A DNA stretch of 64,000 nucleotides, the filler included, from Dirinaria sp. TL-2023a (lineage: Eukaryota), in NCBI GenBank assembly GCA_051941275.1. It is 4 parts of 4 records of this genome, joined end to end, with 100 filler letters (N's around TTAATTAATTAA, not from the genome) between each part and the next. Parts side by side here need not be neighbours in the genome. Positions count along the whole stretch, not along the records: positions 1 to 16,705 come from JAVEBF010000474.1; 3 more parts are not named here. One strand, written 5' to 3'. Shown here in pieces: positions 1-12,439 of the stretch. Both the position numbers and the translations under genes were made by a program. The first letter of the stretch is position 1. Each line of letters begins with the position of its first letter. The notes under the pieces are model-generated. The model was not told the origin of the DNA. It saw nothing but the letters and a program-made list of their open reading frames with translations, and ran no database searches.

Positions 1-1900
1 TGAGCGCTGTGCAGGCCCTGACAGATACGATAGTCTTTTATTCATACGCGAGATCTTGAGAACAAATAAGATTGATATTATCTGATTGAATTTAATTACG
101 TGATCATAGCAAATATGCAAAGAACTTAAAAAATTGTGTATTGGAATATCGAAGAAAAAGATCAATCTCATCTTTTGCTAGCATCAACAGGGAATTTAAC
201 TCAGAACTCGTCGATGACAGCGACGAATAATGATCGCTCTATGTTAGAATGTCGAAAATATTATCGTCATTATCATCTAACATTATCTCGTTGAAAACAA
301 TAGATTAGTCTGAGACTGCGGCATTATCTCATATCAAAATTTCACTTTCAAAACGATATTTGATGTCAGCTAATAAGAGTTCTAAACTTCATCGACAACT
401 TATAAATTAAGGAACTATAACAAACTCCCTAAGAAAATAAGAAGATCGTGAGCTTAAAAGTTCTTTATCATAAGTAATTAAACGAAATTATTTGATCTCA
501 CTATTGAGCTTATAACGGTTAATCAAATTTATACTCTTGTTTCTTAAAACGCTTCAAACCTTTGCTCCTAAAGAAAACCACCATCTTCTCCTGCAGAAAT
601 GTACCACCGTGGTGATCCAATATTTTCTTGGAGCCTCCACTCAGAATCGAACTGCGAGGGTCAGTCACAACTAAACATTAACAGTTTGCTCGTCAATGAG
701 TCCCTAACGATCGTGACGAGCGGAAAGTACTCTTTTTCTTACGACCAGACATACAGATTAGCTCATAAGCACCTCTACTATAACACTGAAAACCCGTTGC
801 TAAATAATAAAGCAGTGTGTAGCAATTCCTTATACTACGTCAAAAGAATAAATAAGTCAGAAAAAAAAGAAACGATGTCGATCTCCCCAAAAGCAAAATG
901 ACGCGATGCTGTTATGTATGTCGTGGGAAGAGGCATATAAAGATCATTTACGCTCGTCTTATCGCGTGTGGTATCGTTTTGGAGCGATGTGTAGGAGTTT
1001 TTATATGATTGTAACGATCATACTCTGAAATGGATCTTCAGTGCCTAGAAGAGTTTATTTATAACGATCATTTCTTATCGTATCTCTCTTGAATATCTTT
1101 CCCATTCGCTGAAACTTGATCTCTCTTCGCAGCAAGGTTTAAAAGTCCTCTATTACTCGTGAAACTAAGACTCCGAACGCAGAATCCAAGTTTCATCTCT
1201 ATTATCGCTCTGATCAAATCAGAGATATTCTTACAAAACTTTCAGTTATTTAAAGAAAAAAGATTCGGGATCTTGCGAAACAGAGTCAAACTAACCTCAC
1301 GTCACGATTCCAAACAATAAGAGCACGAAAATCAACTTGAATGTAATATCCTCCGCGATGCAGAGAAAGAATCATATGCGTCGATAACGACAAAAATTCT
1401 CGATAGCAATGAGTCTCGTGATCTGTTGTTATTAATATTTGTTTCGGATTTGCCGTCGAGATATCTTTTTTTTTTTTTTTTTCTTGTTTTTTGAAATTTC
1501 AAATGAGCGATGTATATGCGGGGGCTCTGCTGAATTAGTTTCTCTCTGAATGGCATCAGCATCAGAAATCCTCTGATTCAAGGATTTGAAATGAGAGGCT
1601 CGTGCGAGGAGCATGGTATGGTGACCACTCCGAGTATAGATGTCGAAGATGTTTTCTTCCTGTTCGAGCGGTGAGGGTTATTTAAGAAGCTGCACCACTC
1701 CAAATTTTCTTCGTTTGCTTTTCGAGAGGATGTTATTGAAGTATCTTTCACATACGCTTATTGGCTCTTTCCCGTCTTGGTACTAAATCTTATAGCATCA
1801 TAGATAGGACCACTCTATGGGCTTTTCACACATGGGACTTCTGAGGATTCAGCATTCGGCAAAATCAATTTGAACTCAACAGTGGACTACCAGAGAGCTA
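1..1900. repeat. AT-rich, transition-degenerated relic (RIP-like decayed repeat or pseudogene); family not identifiable
   Basis: Visibly AT-rich with many TA, TC/GA, TCGA and GATC words and few CC/GG; no credible ORF; located at the start of the window. Confidence 0.45.
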
Positions 1901-2043
1901 GGTATGTTGGGCAAGAAGGCTGAAGCCGCAATCTATGTAACATAAGCATACTTTATAGCTAGTCTTCGCTGCAAAGCATCTACGATTGCCATCGCAATAC
2001 CTGTGTAATAGGTTTGCGCCTTCTTCACCAATCTCTTTCCCGC

Positions 2044-2796
2044 TTACTGTGCAGTAGTAGTAGGCTGAAGACTCCAATAACGGCGACGAGGGCAATCGTC
2101 AAGGTAGCTTTGGTATCCCTTCTTTTCATATTCCGTGATAGCCCAGTCCCTTTGCGCCGCCATATTCTCGCTCACCTCTCTGATTTTTTGGACGCTCGAT
2201 TCATGCATTGTTCGATATTTGACTACGATCTCTGCCTCGACACGGATCTGGCAAAGTGCCGCCAGCACCTCATCCGCCATAATCCAGCTGTTTTTAGGAC
2301 GGTCGCGGAGCGGCGCCTTTGTAGCGACGAAGATGATGACTAGGCGGTGTAGCGAGCAGATCGCGGCGAGATGATTCATCGATTGAAGAACGTCATCAAG
2401 AGGCTTATATCCTTCAGTCCAACGGTAATCGCTGATCTCGAGGAAGAGCTGGCGGATTTCGGTCAGGAATTGATGCGGTGGAAGATATTTGAAGGGCTGG
2501 CTGGGAAGGCCAAATGTCCGAGGAAGGCTCAAGGTACAGAGGAACCGGTTTTCTCCATACAGAACGGAACGGGCTTCTCGGTAGACTTGGCTGCAGACGC
2601 GGAGCATAGCGACGCTAAGACGTGGCATGTATACCGGCCAGGGGGTGATATGTTGTTTGCTGGGAACGACAACGAGGAGGCGGTAGACCTTGAGACGTAG
2701 CTCAAGTGGCAGGTCCAGAAAGTGAGTCGAGCCTTTGTCGGGCGTTTTGGAATTGTTGCCATCATTGTGACCATTTCCAGGAGCGTTTGTAGGCAT
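2044..2796 (-). CDS. F-box-like fungal hypothetical protein (FLDLPxExRxxIY...LRxCxQxYxEA...LY.xNxF family), 250 aa
   Basis: Intact intronless ORF with HFLDLPLELRLKVYRLL and MLRVCSQVYREARSVLYGENRF, motifs of a widespread Pezizomycotina F-box-like family. Confidence 0.7.
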   Translation of the reverse strand: MPTNAPGNGHNDGNNSKTPDKGSTHFLDLPLELRLKVYRLLVVVPSKQHITPWPVYMPRLSVAMLRVCSQVYREARSVLYGENRFLCTLSLPRTFGLPSQPFKYLPPHQFLTEIRQLFLEISDYRWTEGYKPLDDVLQSMNHLAAICSLHRLVIIFVATKAPLRDRPKNSWIMADEVLAALCQIRVEAEIVVKYRTMHESSVQKIREVSENMAAQRDWAITEYEKKGYQSYLDDCPRRRYWSLQPTTTAQ

Positions 2797-4059
2797 ATTT
2801 TGGATTGAAGGTGGCTAAAGATCCTTTGGTAAACGGTATACAGCTTGGTGGATAAGTGTAGAACTGTAGATCAAAGGGATATAGTGATGCAGATTAGCAA
2901 AGGGACTGGCTCGATATCTTTGCTGCACAAACTCTTCTTTGCTGTTATTCTCCGTCTGTCCCCCTTTTTTTTGGTTGATTAAATAATATCTGACAGATTG
3001 AACTGGGCTCGATGACAAATTATTGCTGAAATATCGAACTGGAGGCGATGATTTCCCTGCATTAGTAGGAACCGCGTTTTCCCAGTTTTAAGAAAAAAAC
3101 AAGTGAGTCAAAGCCTTGATATCCACGTGCGAATTTCAAATTAGTAATAACACAGTCACCACAAACTTGTGGGATAATGCGACACGACAGTCCAAACTTG
3201 CTCTTTTCCTGAAATTTTTCAACACTCGGCAACTATTCCTCCAATCCATGGTTCATATAGTATAGTATGTGGTATGCTTGATGGCCTAACATCAGAACCT
3301 GCCATTGTGTTGAAAACTAGAGGAAAACCTTCTCACAATGCTTCAGTCCCCCGTTCACCCTCTCTGTCCAAGCTGCGTAGAGATAGCTAAATTCGGTTGC
3401 ATTCTCGTTTCGTTTTTGTTGCTCCAGATCATCCATGCCCGACGCCAATTTGATACGTACACAATCATCAGTAAAGGTTCCATATATTTTCTCAAAAAAT
3501 GTTCAACGGAGGACGCCTTCCGCGCCCTTCCGTTATGACTCAACCTCAAAACTTTTCGCAGGCTATATTTGCCTGCCTCGATTTCATATACAGCACATGA
3601 AAATATCCGCAACCATTATCGGGCACATTATCAAGATTCACTGTCGCTTATTTGACTAACAAATGCATTGCTCATCGTATAGATGTGTTCTCGGTGGAAA
3701 GATCGTTAAAATCCTAGTCAAAACTTGCTGTTCAAGACCATTGAAATGAACGCCAATCGAGATAGAAGAATAAGGAACGTCTCTTTATTGAGTACAGAGG
3801 GCTCATTTCCGGAATATAAAGTCGAAGTCGCCGCGGTGATGGATTGGTTCAAGCCATGAATAATTCGATTCAAGGCAATGACCTGTAGTGGGAGCATAAA
3901 TTGACGCAGGCAAGCACTTCCAAGGCAGTCTTCGATACTATTGTGCTTGTCTGAAAGCCACCATGACGAGGATAGGATCATGCGACATAGCTGAACGGTG
4001 GTACAGAAATTCTAGGGCAAAAGCTTGTTGATCCAGATTCTAGACAGCTCTTCGTGTCG

Positions 4060-6900
4060 TTAGGATCTTTTAACATTGTCATGTGAATACCTCCCAGTGT
4101 CCTCAAGCTCCAAAAGTGCGAGCGTGCCCTCGAGCTCAAAAAGCGTGTGTGCCCCCTCCATGGCTGATTGTGGCTCTGGCCGTCTCTTCGGCCGCTCAGA
4201 GGCATCAGGTAGCTTGACGGGTCCTAGACTTATTGGACTAGCAGACCAAGAAGTCGGCGCAGGAAATTGTTCTTATTGGCGTGTGATCCTTTTGGCTTAT
4301 GAAGCTAAGTCCTGAAGGACTAGTGATTATAGGCTCATTGCTGCTACCTGGCTGTTGTCGTTGCGACTGCGATTGGGAGTTGAGGTTATACCGGGACTGC
4401 GAGCGGCGAATGGCCTCGCGCTCAATTTTTTGGCGCGACGCTTGAGTTAATTACTTTGACTGACTGAAGTTTTTTTGATCGAAATGTGCGGAGAAGACAT
4501 ACGAGTCATTTCGTCATCCCTTCTAAGCTGACGAGGAAACCCGCTTATCGGGAGTTGAATCAGTGATTCTGGGGTGAGATGGAGTGAGATTGTTGTTCGG
4601 ACGTTCTGCCCAGAGATTCAGAAGACTGGCTCTTTCACCATGAAGATAGCCACGTCTATCATCCGATCTATAGACCATTCACTGATGCTATTACTGTCAA
4701 TGGGTGATGACTCGTGATATTCTTCGGTGATGATGAAAGATGGCGCGAAAGGCTCTCCCTGAAAAGATCTAAGGCATTTTCCAAGATTTCGAAGGTTATT
4801 CGAACCATGTTCGAAGCGACAGTGAATCTGCCCTGCCAGTAAAAGCGTTCAGCTTTAGAAATATCAGGAAAGTGGTTTCGTGTCCCTGTAATTTGTGTCT
4901 CAACCGCCTGTACATTAGCTTTTTCAAAATAAAAGCAGCTTACCATTAGTCGATCAGCCACAACGCGCACTTACTTTCTCATGGAACCTAAGCATAGCTT
5001 CACATCTGCTTCGAGGCTCAGAAGCTTGTCTTTGTCATACAATCTTGGTGGCACACCGTTGAATTCTGGATTGACACGAATATACCTCGGCAAAGACCCG
5101 GGTAGTACATGACTGACAAATCTGTTCCATGTCCTTTCGGAGTCCAGAATGCCAAGTGGGTCGCTGTAAATGGGCGAAAAAGTTCGACTGGTAGGCACCA
5201 TCGCCTAGGCGTCTCCCACGTATGTCCTGATGCCCTTTTACGTGCCGCTCTGCAATGTTCACGCATTCCTTGCCGTTTTTACCGCGATAACTGCAGAGCC
5301 ACCAACTATCACAGAACTTGTCAAGCACATTGTCTAAGACTGGCTTGTAGTGTTCGAGTGCTTCTGAGGCAGTCCCTGACTTGTGTTAGACTCGCTGACC
5401 ACCAGCGCTATCAGGGACCATTCACCTTTCACACGAAGCCGAACGAAGTCTAGCATGATGCATGATGCTACCATGCTGTCTAGCCACCAGGATATGTCCT
5501 CTCCTCCTAGGTATGGTCTGCGATTTTCTATTTCAATAGCTAGTCTTAGCATGTTACCCTCAAAGCCAGGAAGTATAGGATTGCGACTCCAAGAGAAAGC
5601 GAAGAAGTCAAAAGGCAATTCGAGAGTCGAAGTGAAGTGATCTAGCCCACTGTGTAAGCATTTCCCGAGCTCATCCGCGTTCAGGTCCCTGCGAGCTAGG
5701 AGTTTGCCTTCATATGACTCTTGGCAACAGAATGCAATGTGATCCGAAAGCCTTTTGATCTGCTGATTCATCAAATAATAGCGACCCCTTTCCGGTACAC
5801 GCACAACCTTGAAACTCGATTAGTAGCACTTTATCAGATCCTCAGCACAGGAGACACTCCTCAGCCCTAGCCAGCTTTGGACTAGCCGATTGACATTGTG
5901 ATGGACTTTCAGTCTGGTTGGCGTCAGACAGCAGCTTCTTGGTGGCCACATCGACGTTAAACTTTGCGTCCTCGAGAAGAGTCAAACACTTATTGCGGAC
6001 AATTATTGCATGAGGAAGCACGCTTTGATTGGTGACACTCTCTATTGAAGTTGCAGCCCACTCCAACAACTGAACGAATCCGGACTCTCGAATGTGCTGT
6101 AAAACCTCAGCGTGCGTATCCTCGAAACATAGTTCAAAAGATTATTGCAAACTCACCATTCGTTATGTAGGACGAATACCGCAACATGAGAGAACGTGTA
6201 AACAAGTCGGGGATAGAATTCGCGAACAACGAATTCTCGGTTTCGTATTTCCTCGCTTTCAGCAAAGCTGAGCTTGCGTCGTTTTGCTGCTCAGGCCCTT
6301 TGCTGCAATTTCTTCCCGTACACGTCATTTGCACGCTGGTCGTAGGCCTTCTTGGGCTCGTTCCATGAGTTGACCACTTCTGCTGCCCGGTGTGCCATCG
6401 GTGTTTTCTCGCCACCTCTAAGGCCTTCACATTCTGCGTATATTCGAGGAAATGGAGTATACTGAGACTCAGGATCTGCATAAAGATGGATGTCTGCCGA
6501 AGTCGGTATACTAGTGCCAAGGCCACCAACCACCCGTGTTGGCAAGTAATCGCTTGACTGGCCTGCGTTTATCTTTTGTAATTCTATTAGCATCTTAATA
6601 ATGGTACTTTTTCCAACTCCTACGGGAATTAGTAGAAGGATGATACACGAGTTCTTCGATCTCCTACCAGTTTGTCCGATGAAGGAAACAAAATGAGGCC
6701 AACGCTCTTCCCACTCCAGAGTGAAGCTATCTTGCATTAAGGTTTTGTACCTGGCATTCTCTTGAAGTTCTCGCTCTTGATACGGATCTCTAACATATCT
6801 TGACCAAGTCGCTTCTATATCGTCTAAATGTAGTTGCTTGTGTCTATCGGGATCTTTTTTTGGGGTTAAGATCCTAACCCTGACTAAGATGGAAGCTAAA
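4060..6900 (-). pseudogene. P-loop + patatin-like phospholipase (PLP, FabD/lysophospholipase-like family) pseudogene lacking the patatin catalytic core
   Basis: Ordered family motifs on the minus strand: PHFVSFIGQTG/VGKSTIIK, PTSADIHLYADP, YAECEGLRGGE, REFYPRLVYTFS, NQSVLPHAIIV, MVASCIMLD, CVN..HVKGHQ, RYIRVNPE, VADRLMVSCFYFE, LPISGFPRQL. In-frame stops at 6291 and 4971 and a frame jump near 5175. No DGGG/GTSTG/DGA motifs seen. Confidence 0.7.
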
Positions 6901-8088
6901 CCACCTGCAGGCTAGCGTTGCCTAAATCCCTTACCTTACCAGTGATATCAGACACGAATAAAACCCACCATCTTACACCTTTACCATGCCAAAACCTCAT
7001 CTCATTGAAGTCTATACCAACTATATCCAATCATCATGCTCACCATGCATCCTTTGGTTTAAACATTAACCAGACAGCATACCATTCCAGAACAGCGAAT
7101 CCAGATCGCTAGCAAACCGCATCAAGCAAGACAAAAGTCCCTCTTGCTTGATCAAACTCCCACATTACTAATATCCATCCTCGATCTCAAGTCCATTTTC
7201 AGACATTTGATATTCTCTACCTTTTGCAGGATTTACGGCATCCTATCAAAGAACCCTGTTTGATGCGTGAAGTTAGAAGATAAGGTTGAAGCATGACAGA
7301 GTGACGGAAGTATAGATTTTGCTCTAAGTCCTCATCGCTGATACGCAACGCCTTAAGCAAAAAGAGCTTGGGAAGGTTGCCAGCCGTTTTTGTACCGTAT
7401 AGCGAGAGACGACACTTTATCTGGAGATAGGTGGGAGGAAAATGTAATGTCAGATGGGACTTGGGAGTTAGTAGCTTGTGTAGCTGTTGTCTTCAGGTCG
7501 CAACTGGAAGTCGTAAATGTGGTTATTTATATGTGGCGCGGAGTTCCGCGCGAAGGTTACGTGGGTAATACTAGCTACACATTGGTTTAGGCAGAATCAA
7601 ATTTCCTGACTTTGGAAACCCAGAGAGGAAGGAAGGAAGAAAAAAAGAAAGAGGAGAGGTAAATAAGTGATATTAAGATATGAGTGGCTGATTCATAAAC
7701 TTGCGAAATTTTTGTTTGTTTTTCTTTTAAGTATAACCGATTCAGCAAGCTCTATCCCTAAAGGCATTTCCCCTTAGCACAAGATATCCATTTCCACCGT
7801 CAAGAAATCCAACACCAACGCGAAAAATGGCAGGCTATTGAGTACAGGACGCGCGACGAGGACAGAGATGCCAACAACAATCTCCGCGGGTCGCAAGTAC
7901 ACAGGGCAGTCTAGATGTGGGGAACCGAAGTATGCAAAGCCGCAAAGGCATTGCCGAGAGCTGATGGTTGAAGAGTTGGTCGATGTATATCTGTGATGTC
8001 GCGGTACTGAAGTGCTCGCACTTAGATGCCAAATGCGCGTGGAAGCCACCACACCGACAGGAAAGCTTCGTCGTGTACCAGAAGAGGA

Positions 8089-8844
8089 TCACGCAGGTCG
8101 TAGTAGCCAAGCCGTTTCAGCATCGGTCCACTCAAACTCTTGTGGTCCACTTTCATAGCTCGATTCAGCTGCCACCATCCACCCTTTCCGCTTTGCCACC
8201 TTGTGCATCATGTCCCTAAGGATATGTAACTCCATGTCCCTCATGATAGGTAACCCCATCTCGTGGGAGTCATTTATTTCGATCTTGAGCTCTTCGTGCA
8301 CCGACGAGAAGCTAGCCCGATTGATCACATCTTCGACCACTTTTAACTCTTTAGCCTCCCACTCCTCACAGGTTTGGAGACCCGCGAAAACTTGCCCAAA
8401 GCATATGCATAATTTTTTGAAGGCGCAGCCGCTATTCTCGAAGTAGACAAAAATATCACGGAGCTCATATGCCAGGACATGAAGCTCAGTACACGAGAGA
8501 TACAAATAAAAGTCCTGGACCAGAGTTAGGCGTAGTGTCGAAAAGCCGAACGGGATATAGTCCTCCCACCAGCGGTAGAAGTGGGGCAGCCGCTCATCGA
8601 GATAGAACTTATTCTCGTGGTAGAAGATGAGGAACGCCTCATTGTAAATCTGCCGGCAAGTGCGAAGAAGTGTAGTGATCGCTGTTCCGTCATAGTAAAA
8701 GCAAAAACGTTCTTCATCGTCGACAAGAGCGAGGCGATATATCTTGTTGCGTACTTCGCCCGGAAGATCCAAGAAGCTCAAACCAGCTTGCGTGCCATTC
8801 CTGGAGGAACACAACTCCTTCGAAGAATTTTTCACTTCAGCCAT
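8089..8844 (-). CDS. F-box-like fungal hypothetical protein, 251 aa (same family as 2044-2796)
   Basis: Intact ORF with SFLDLPGEVRNKIYRLAL and LLRTCRQIYNEAFLIFYHENKF. Confidence 0.7.
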   Translation of the reverse strand: MAEVKNSSKELCSSRNGTQAGLSFLDLPGEVRNKIYRLALVDDEERFCFYYDGTAITTLLRTCRQIYNEAFLIFYHENKFYLDERLPHFYRWWEDYIPFGFSTLRLTLVQDFYLYLSCTELHVLAYELRDIFVYFENSGCAFKKLCICFGQVFAGLQTCEEWEAKELKVVEDVINRASFSSVHEELKIEINDSHEMGLPIMRDMELHILRDMMHKVAKRKGWMVAAESSYESGPQEFEWTDAETAWLLRPA

Positions 8845-9038
8845 TCTTAATTCGTGAGAGATACTGTGGTGTCACTGGGCTCGAGATAGATGTAATGACA
8901 ATTTTGGTATTGCAGATTGCAAGTAAGTGTGATCTGCTTCAAATACTGGTTAATTGCTCATCAGAAAATCTCCAGATGTGGGCTGCTTTAAATACTTCGT
9001 AACCGCTCAACAAAAAAAAGTCGACACTTCTTTGATTG

Positions 9039-9060
9039 TTGTTGAGTCATGACTCAACAA
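9039..9060. promoter_or_regulatory. Perfect 22-bp palindrome made of two abutting TGASTCA (Gcn4/CpcA/AP-1-type) sites
   Basis: TTGTTGAGTCATGACTCAACAA equals its own reverse complement; lies ~200 bp upstream of the 8844 start codon; another TGACTCA at 9343-9349. Confidence 0.4.
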
Positions 9061-10080
9061 GTTCGTGAATCACAAAGAGTGTGGCTACTGAAGGTTGAAA
9101 CACAAAAATCAAAACCCCTGTTCTGCAAATTCAACCGACAACAAAGGGATTGTCACACTCAACCACACCAAATATCATTCCGCATTGACTATCACACACT
9201 GTCAAAACACCTGGTCAGACAATCAGATGTGTCAGAAAATGTGGAAATCCAAGCAACGACACTTGTTGAAAGAAAAGATTCAATCAAAAATTTTAGGCTG
9301 TGACAAATTATTTCTGTTGAAGTGGCAATTCAACAGAAAGGATGACTCACGAATTTTCATGCCAAGAAGACAGAAATCTGCCCCGGCCTCACCCCCCATC
9401 GGGCCTCGAGTGAGCGCCGCCTTAAAGTCGCGCGACCTGGGTGATCGTCGCGCGACCCCGGGTGATCCTGGGTGACTGCGCCCCCTTCTTGAGGGTGAGC
9501 TGCTGCCCGATCGCCATTCTATCCAAGACCAGGTCAGCAGGTCTTTCGGACGTAGTGAATCCGCAGTGATTGGATCCGCAGTGATTAGCGAGACCACTCG
9601 GCGCGGAGCCTTCGCATGTCTACTGAAAAAGCGGCGATAACGGAAAATGATCTGATATCGGCCTCAAACACATTCTTTCCTTCCTGACTTCGTTAACAGT
9701 TTCTATTTCTTTCTCCTCTTTCCTTCGTTTTCCTTCCCTCCCCGCTCGCACAGCTCACGCAGCTGTCGACTTCTCCAGTACCGTCTTAAGACTGTGCGTT
9801 CGAATCTGCATCCCGTACTAGTAAGCGGCGACGATCGTTTTTAGCTTCAACGCCGCCGCCCTCAGTCGAAACGTCCCCACCATGACCACGATATTCCTTA
9901 CTTCTAGCTTCGTATCTTCATCAGCACAATATCATCTGAATTCTTCTTCACGACCCGTTTTCTACGCTCTCTCTCAATCATCGTCTCCTCATCCACGCTT
10001 CATCGAAGTCTCTATATTTTGCCGCTGCCCTCTAGTGTGCTTCAGCTGACATCTGATTGGCGCTTTGACTCGCTTTCTAG

Positions 10081-11900
10081 CTCATTTGACATGATCACTT
10101 GCTTGTGACAAGCAGTGAGCAATCGATATGACTATGAAGATGGTTTCAACGATAGAAAGTCACGGTTGAAGCTGTGCTTCTCACGACAAAGATCAATCAA
10201 ACAAACGCTAGACGTTCGTGAGCAAATTTCAATTTGCTGCGCTGCCGATGCATGCCAACATGATCTGAGGCTGAACTGCTGATCGATCTTCTGACATTTT
10301 CTGTATGAATCGACTTGAACTGATTGAGTCATTTCAATCAAGCTCAGCTCGCATGACTTTCAGAGTTTGATGATTCTTTACTCTGCGCGAACATTGACTG
10401 AGAGTTTCAGCTTGCAAGAAGAATCTAGCGAAAAGGAACTGTCGAACGAGCATATGACTTATTAACAAATGACTCATTTCACATTGCGATCGCTTCAGCT
10501 GTTCATCTGTCGGTCTGATGCTTCGATACGAATCACACATCAACAAGAATTTTGATCTATTACTCGAGAGACTAAACGTCAAGCCAATCTTCGATCGTGA
10601 GTCGAAGCCGACGAATTGAGTGTCAGAATGTCGATCTCGTCTCAATCGACATCGATCTTTGCTTGTCAGTCTGACTGCTCTGACAATGATGCAGCGACTG
10701 CATGAATCTCGTGATGTGATTTCTAGAAATCGATCTTCTCTGACGCTGAGAATCGTAAAAAGCGCAGTAAAGCCGATAAGCTATATGAGCCTCACCTCGA
10801 GGATCTAGTGTGCAGCAGCTGACATGACTTGACGAATGTAGACGTCTTCGAAAGACGCAGTAGAATTCGTGTTGCATGATGAATTAGCAATTGAGTACGA
10901 AACTTCAACGATCGAGAGCTGCGCTAAAGTGTGTTAATGAAACACAACGACTTCTGATCGACGATCGATGATGTGAGAAAATAGTAGAAAAGAAACGACG
11001 TTCGCAAGCTGAGAAGATGACAATGAATGATCTTGCAACTCTCAGCGTAAATGATTCTCTCTCGATCAGTTATTTTCATTGAAATTTCTCAGTCAAATGA
11101 TCGTCATCTTTGCGCATGTGCTGTACAATGACTGACAAGATTTTTCATGAATTCAGTCAAGACTTCGATCAACATGAGACTGCGTGACGACGAACGATCT
11201 GCAGTCTCGAGCTTCTGTATTTCTACAGTTTGTAGAAGAGCAGCAATATTCGAGCTCTTCGACAAGCAAAGAATCGAATAGAGTTCTTTAAGAGTACGAT
11301 CTAATCAAACACGCGCTCTGAGATGAAAAGAAAGAGACTGAGCGACTTCACATCTCTCTTGAGCTGCGATCACATGTTGTGCATCGAAGCGATGACGTCG
11401 TATTCTAGATGATTTGTCTCTCTGCACGATAGATGAACATGAATCGATGTCGAACGAGATGAAACAGTTTATTTTTTAGTCTCATTCTTTTCGCGCATTC
11501 GAATAGATTAGAGCTAGAAGTGATTCGTATCATGTTTTGACTTTGCGACAGCTAGCTAACTCGTCAGTGAACATCTTGTATGCTCTTGCTCAAGATATCT
11601 CTGACAGCTTCAGAAATATATCATTCTACAAGTATAATCATTCTCATTGCAGCACTTTCAGATGAGCAAAACGTTTGTTATCGTTTATCGCTGTATGATT
11701 GTGACTAAGATTCAGCCCTGATTCAGCGGCCCTAAAAGCTTTCAGTAAATAATCACAGTTCTGAAGTCTTCTCATCTCTTCTCGAACAGCCTCAGAATTA
11801 AGAAATTTCAGTGCCGAGTGACGAAGAGTCAGAAATCGTAAACATTGTTGAGAAGAGAAAGACAAGAAGAGATTCTGATTTTAAGACGCGTTAGAAGAAT
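10081..11900 (+). pseudogene. Hypermutated ~600-codon reading frame of unknown family, convergent on the NLR
   Basis: One frame (frame 1) reads protein-like throughout. Its stops are mostly TGA with some TAG/TAA, revertible to Trp/Gln codons by single transitions. Possible upstream exon near 9882. Confidence 0.4.
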
Positions 11901-12439
11901 ACATGACTTCTCAGAACAGAATTGAGAAATGCACATGACTGCTGCCGCAGTCTGAGATCACGTACAAGACGCTGCGAGATGGCAAACGAAAGAGAGTTAC
12001 ATGAGCAGATAAGGATTAGTAGTTATTTTAATGAAGGCTTATCTTCTACGAACATTTGTAAGTCAATCAACATCGAGTTGAGCGAGTTTTAAACTATGTC
12101 AGTTGCTTAAAATTCTCTAGTCTAGCTTTGTGCGGAAACATGCTTCAAGTGTGTTCGTCTTATTGTTGACAAGATGCTAGAATATCAAATCAAGTGATAT
12201 CGGTTTGCTGTGACTTTTCTGAAGTCGTTCATGAAATCTTTTGTCTTTTGTACAAGAAAATCTCTGCATTGCTAAGCTTGACTTAGATTTCAGATGAAAT
12301 AGCGAGGGACATTCTCTTTGAGTGCTTTTCAATATCATCTTTCAGTTTATCTTAGATCAATCTTGTCGGGGAAAGATTTCCCACCAGACAATATCCTTCA
12401 TGAATGCTTCAGATTCCTTTGGAAGATGAAGTTGCTAAC

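Noticed and set aside
3320..3980. Short protein-like frames between the F-box-like gene and the PLP pseudogene
   Set aside because: Fragmentary and unrecognisable; no gene model can be supported.
11570..11640. CSC motif suggesting the SWIM finger of a Mutator transposase
   Set aside because: The downstream C-x-H is not in frame and no DDE motifs are recognisable.
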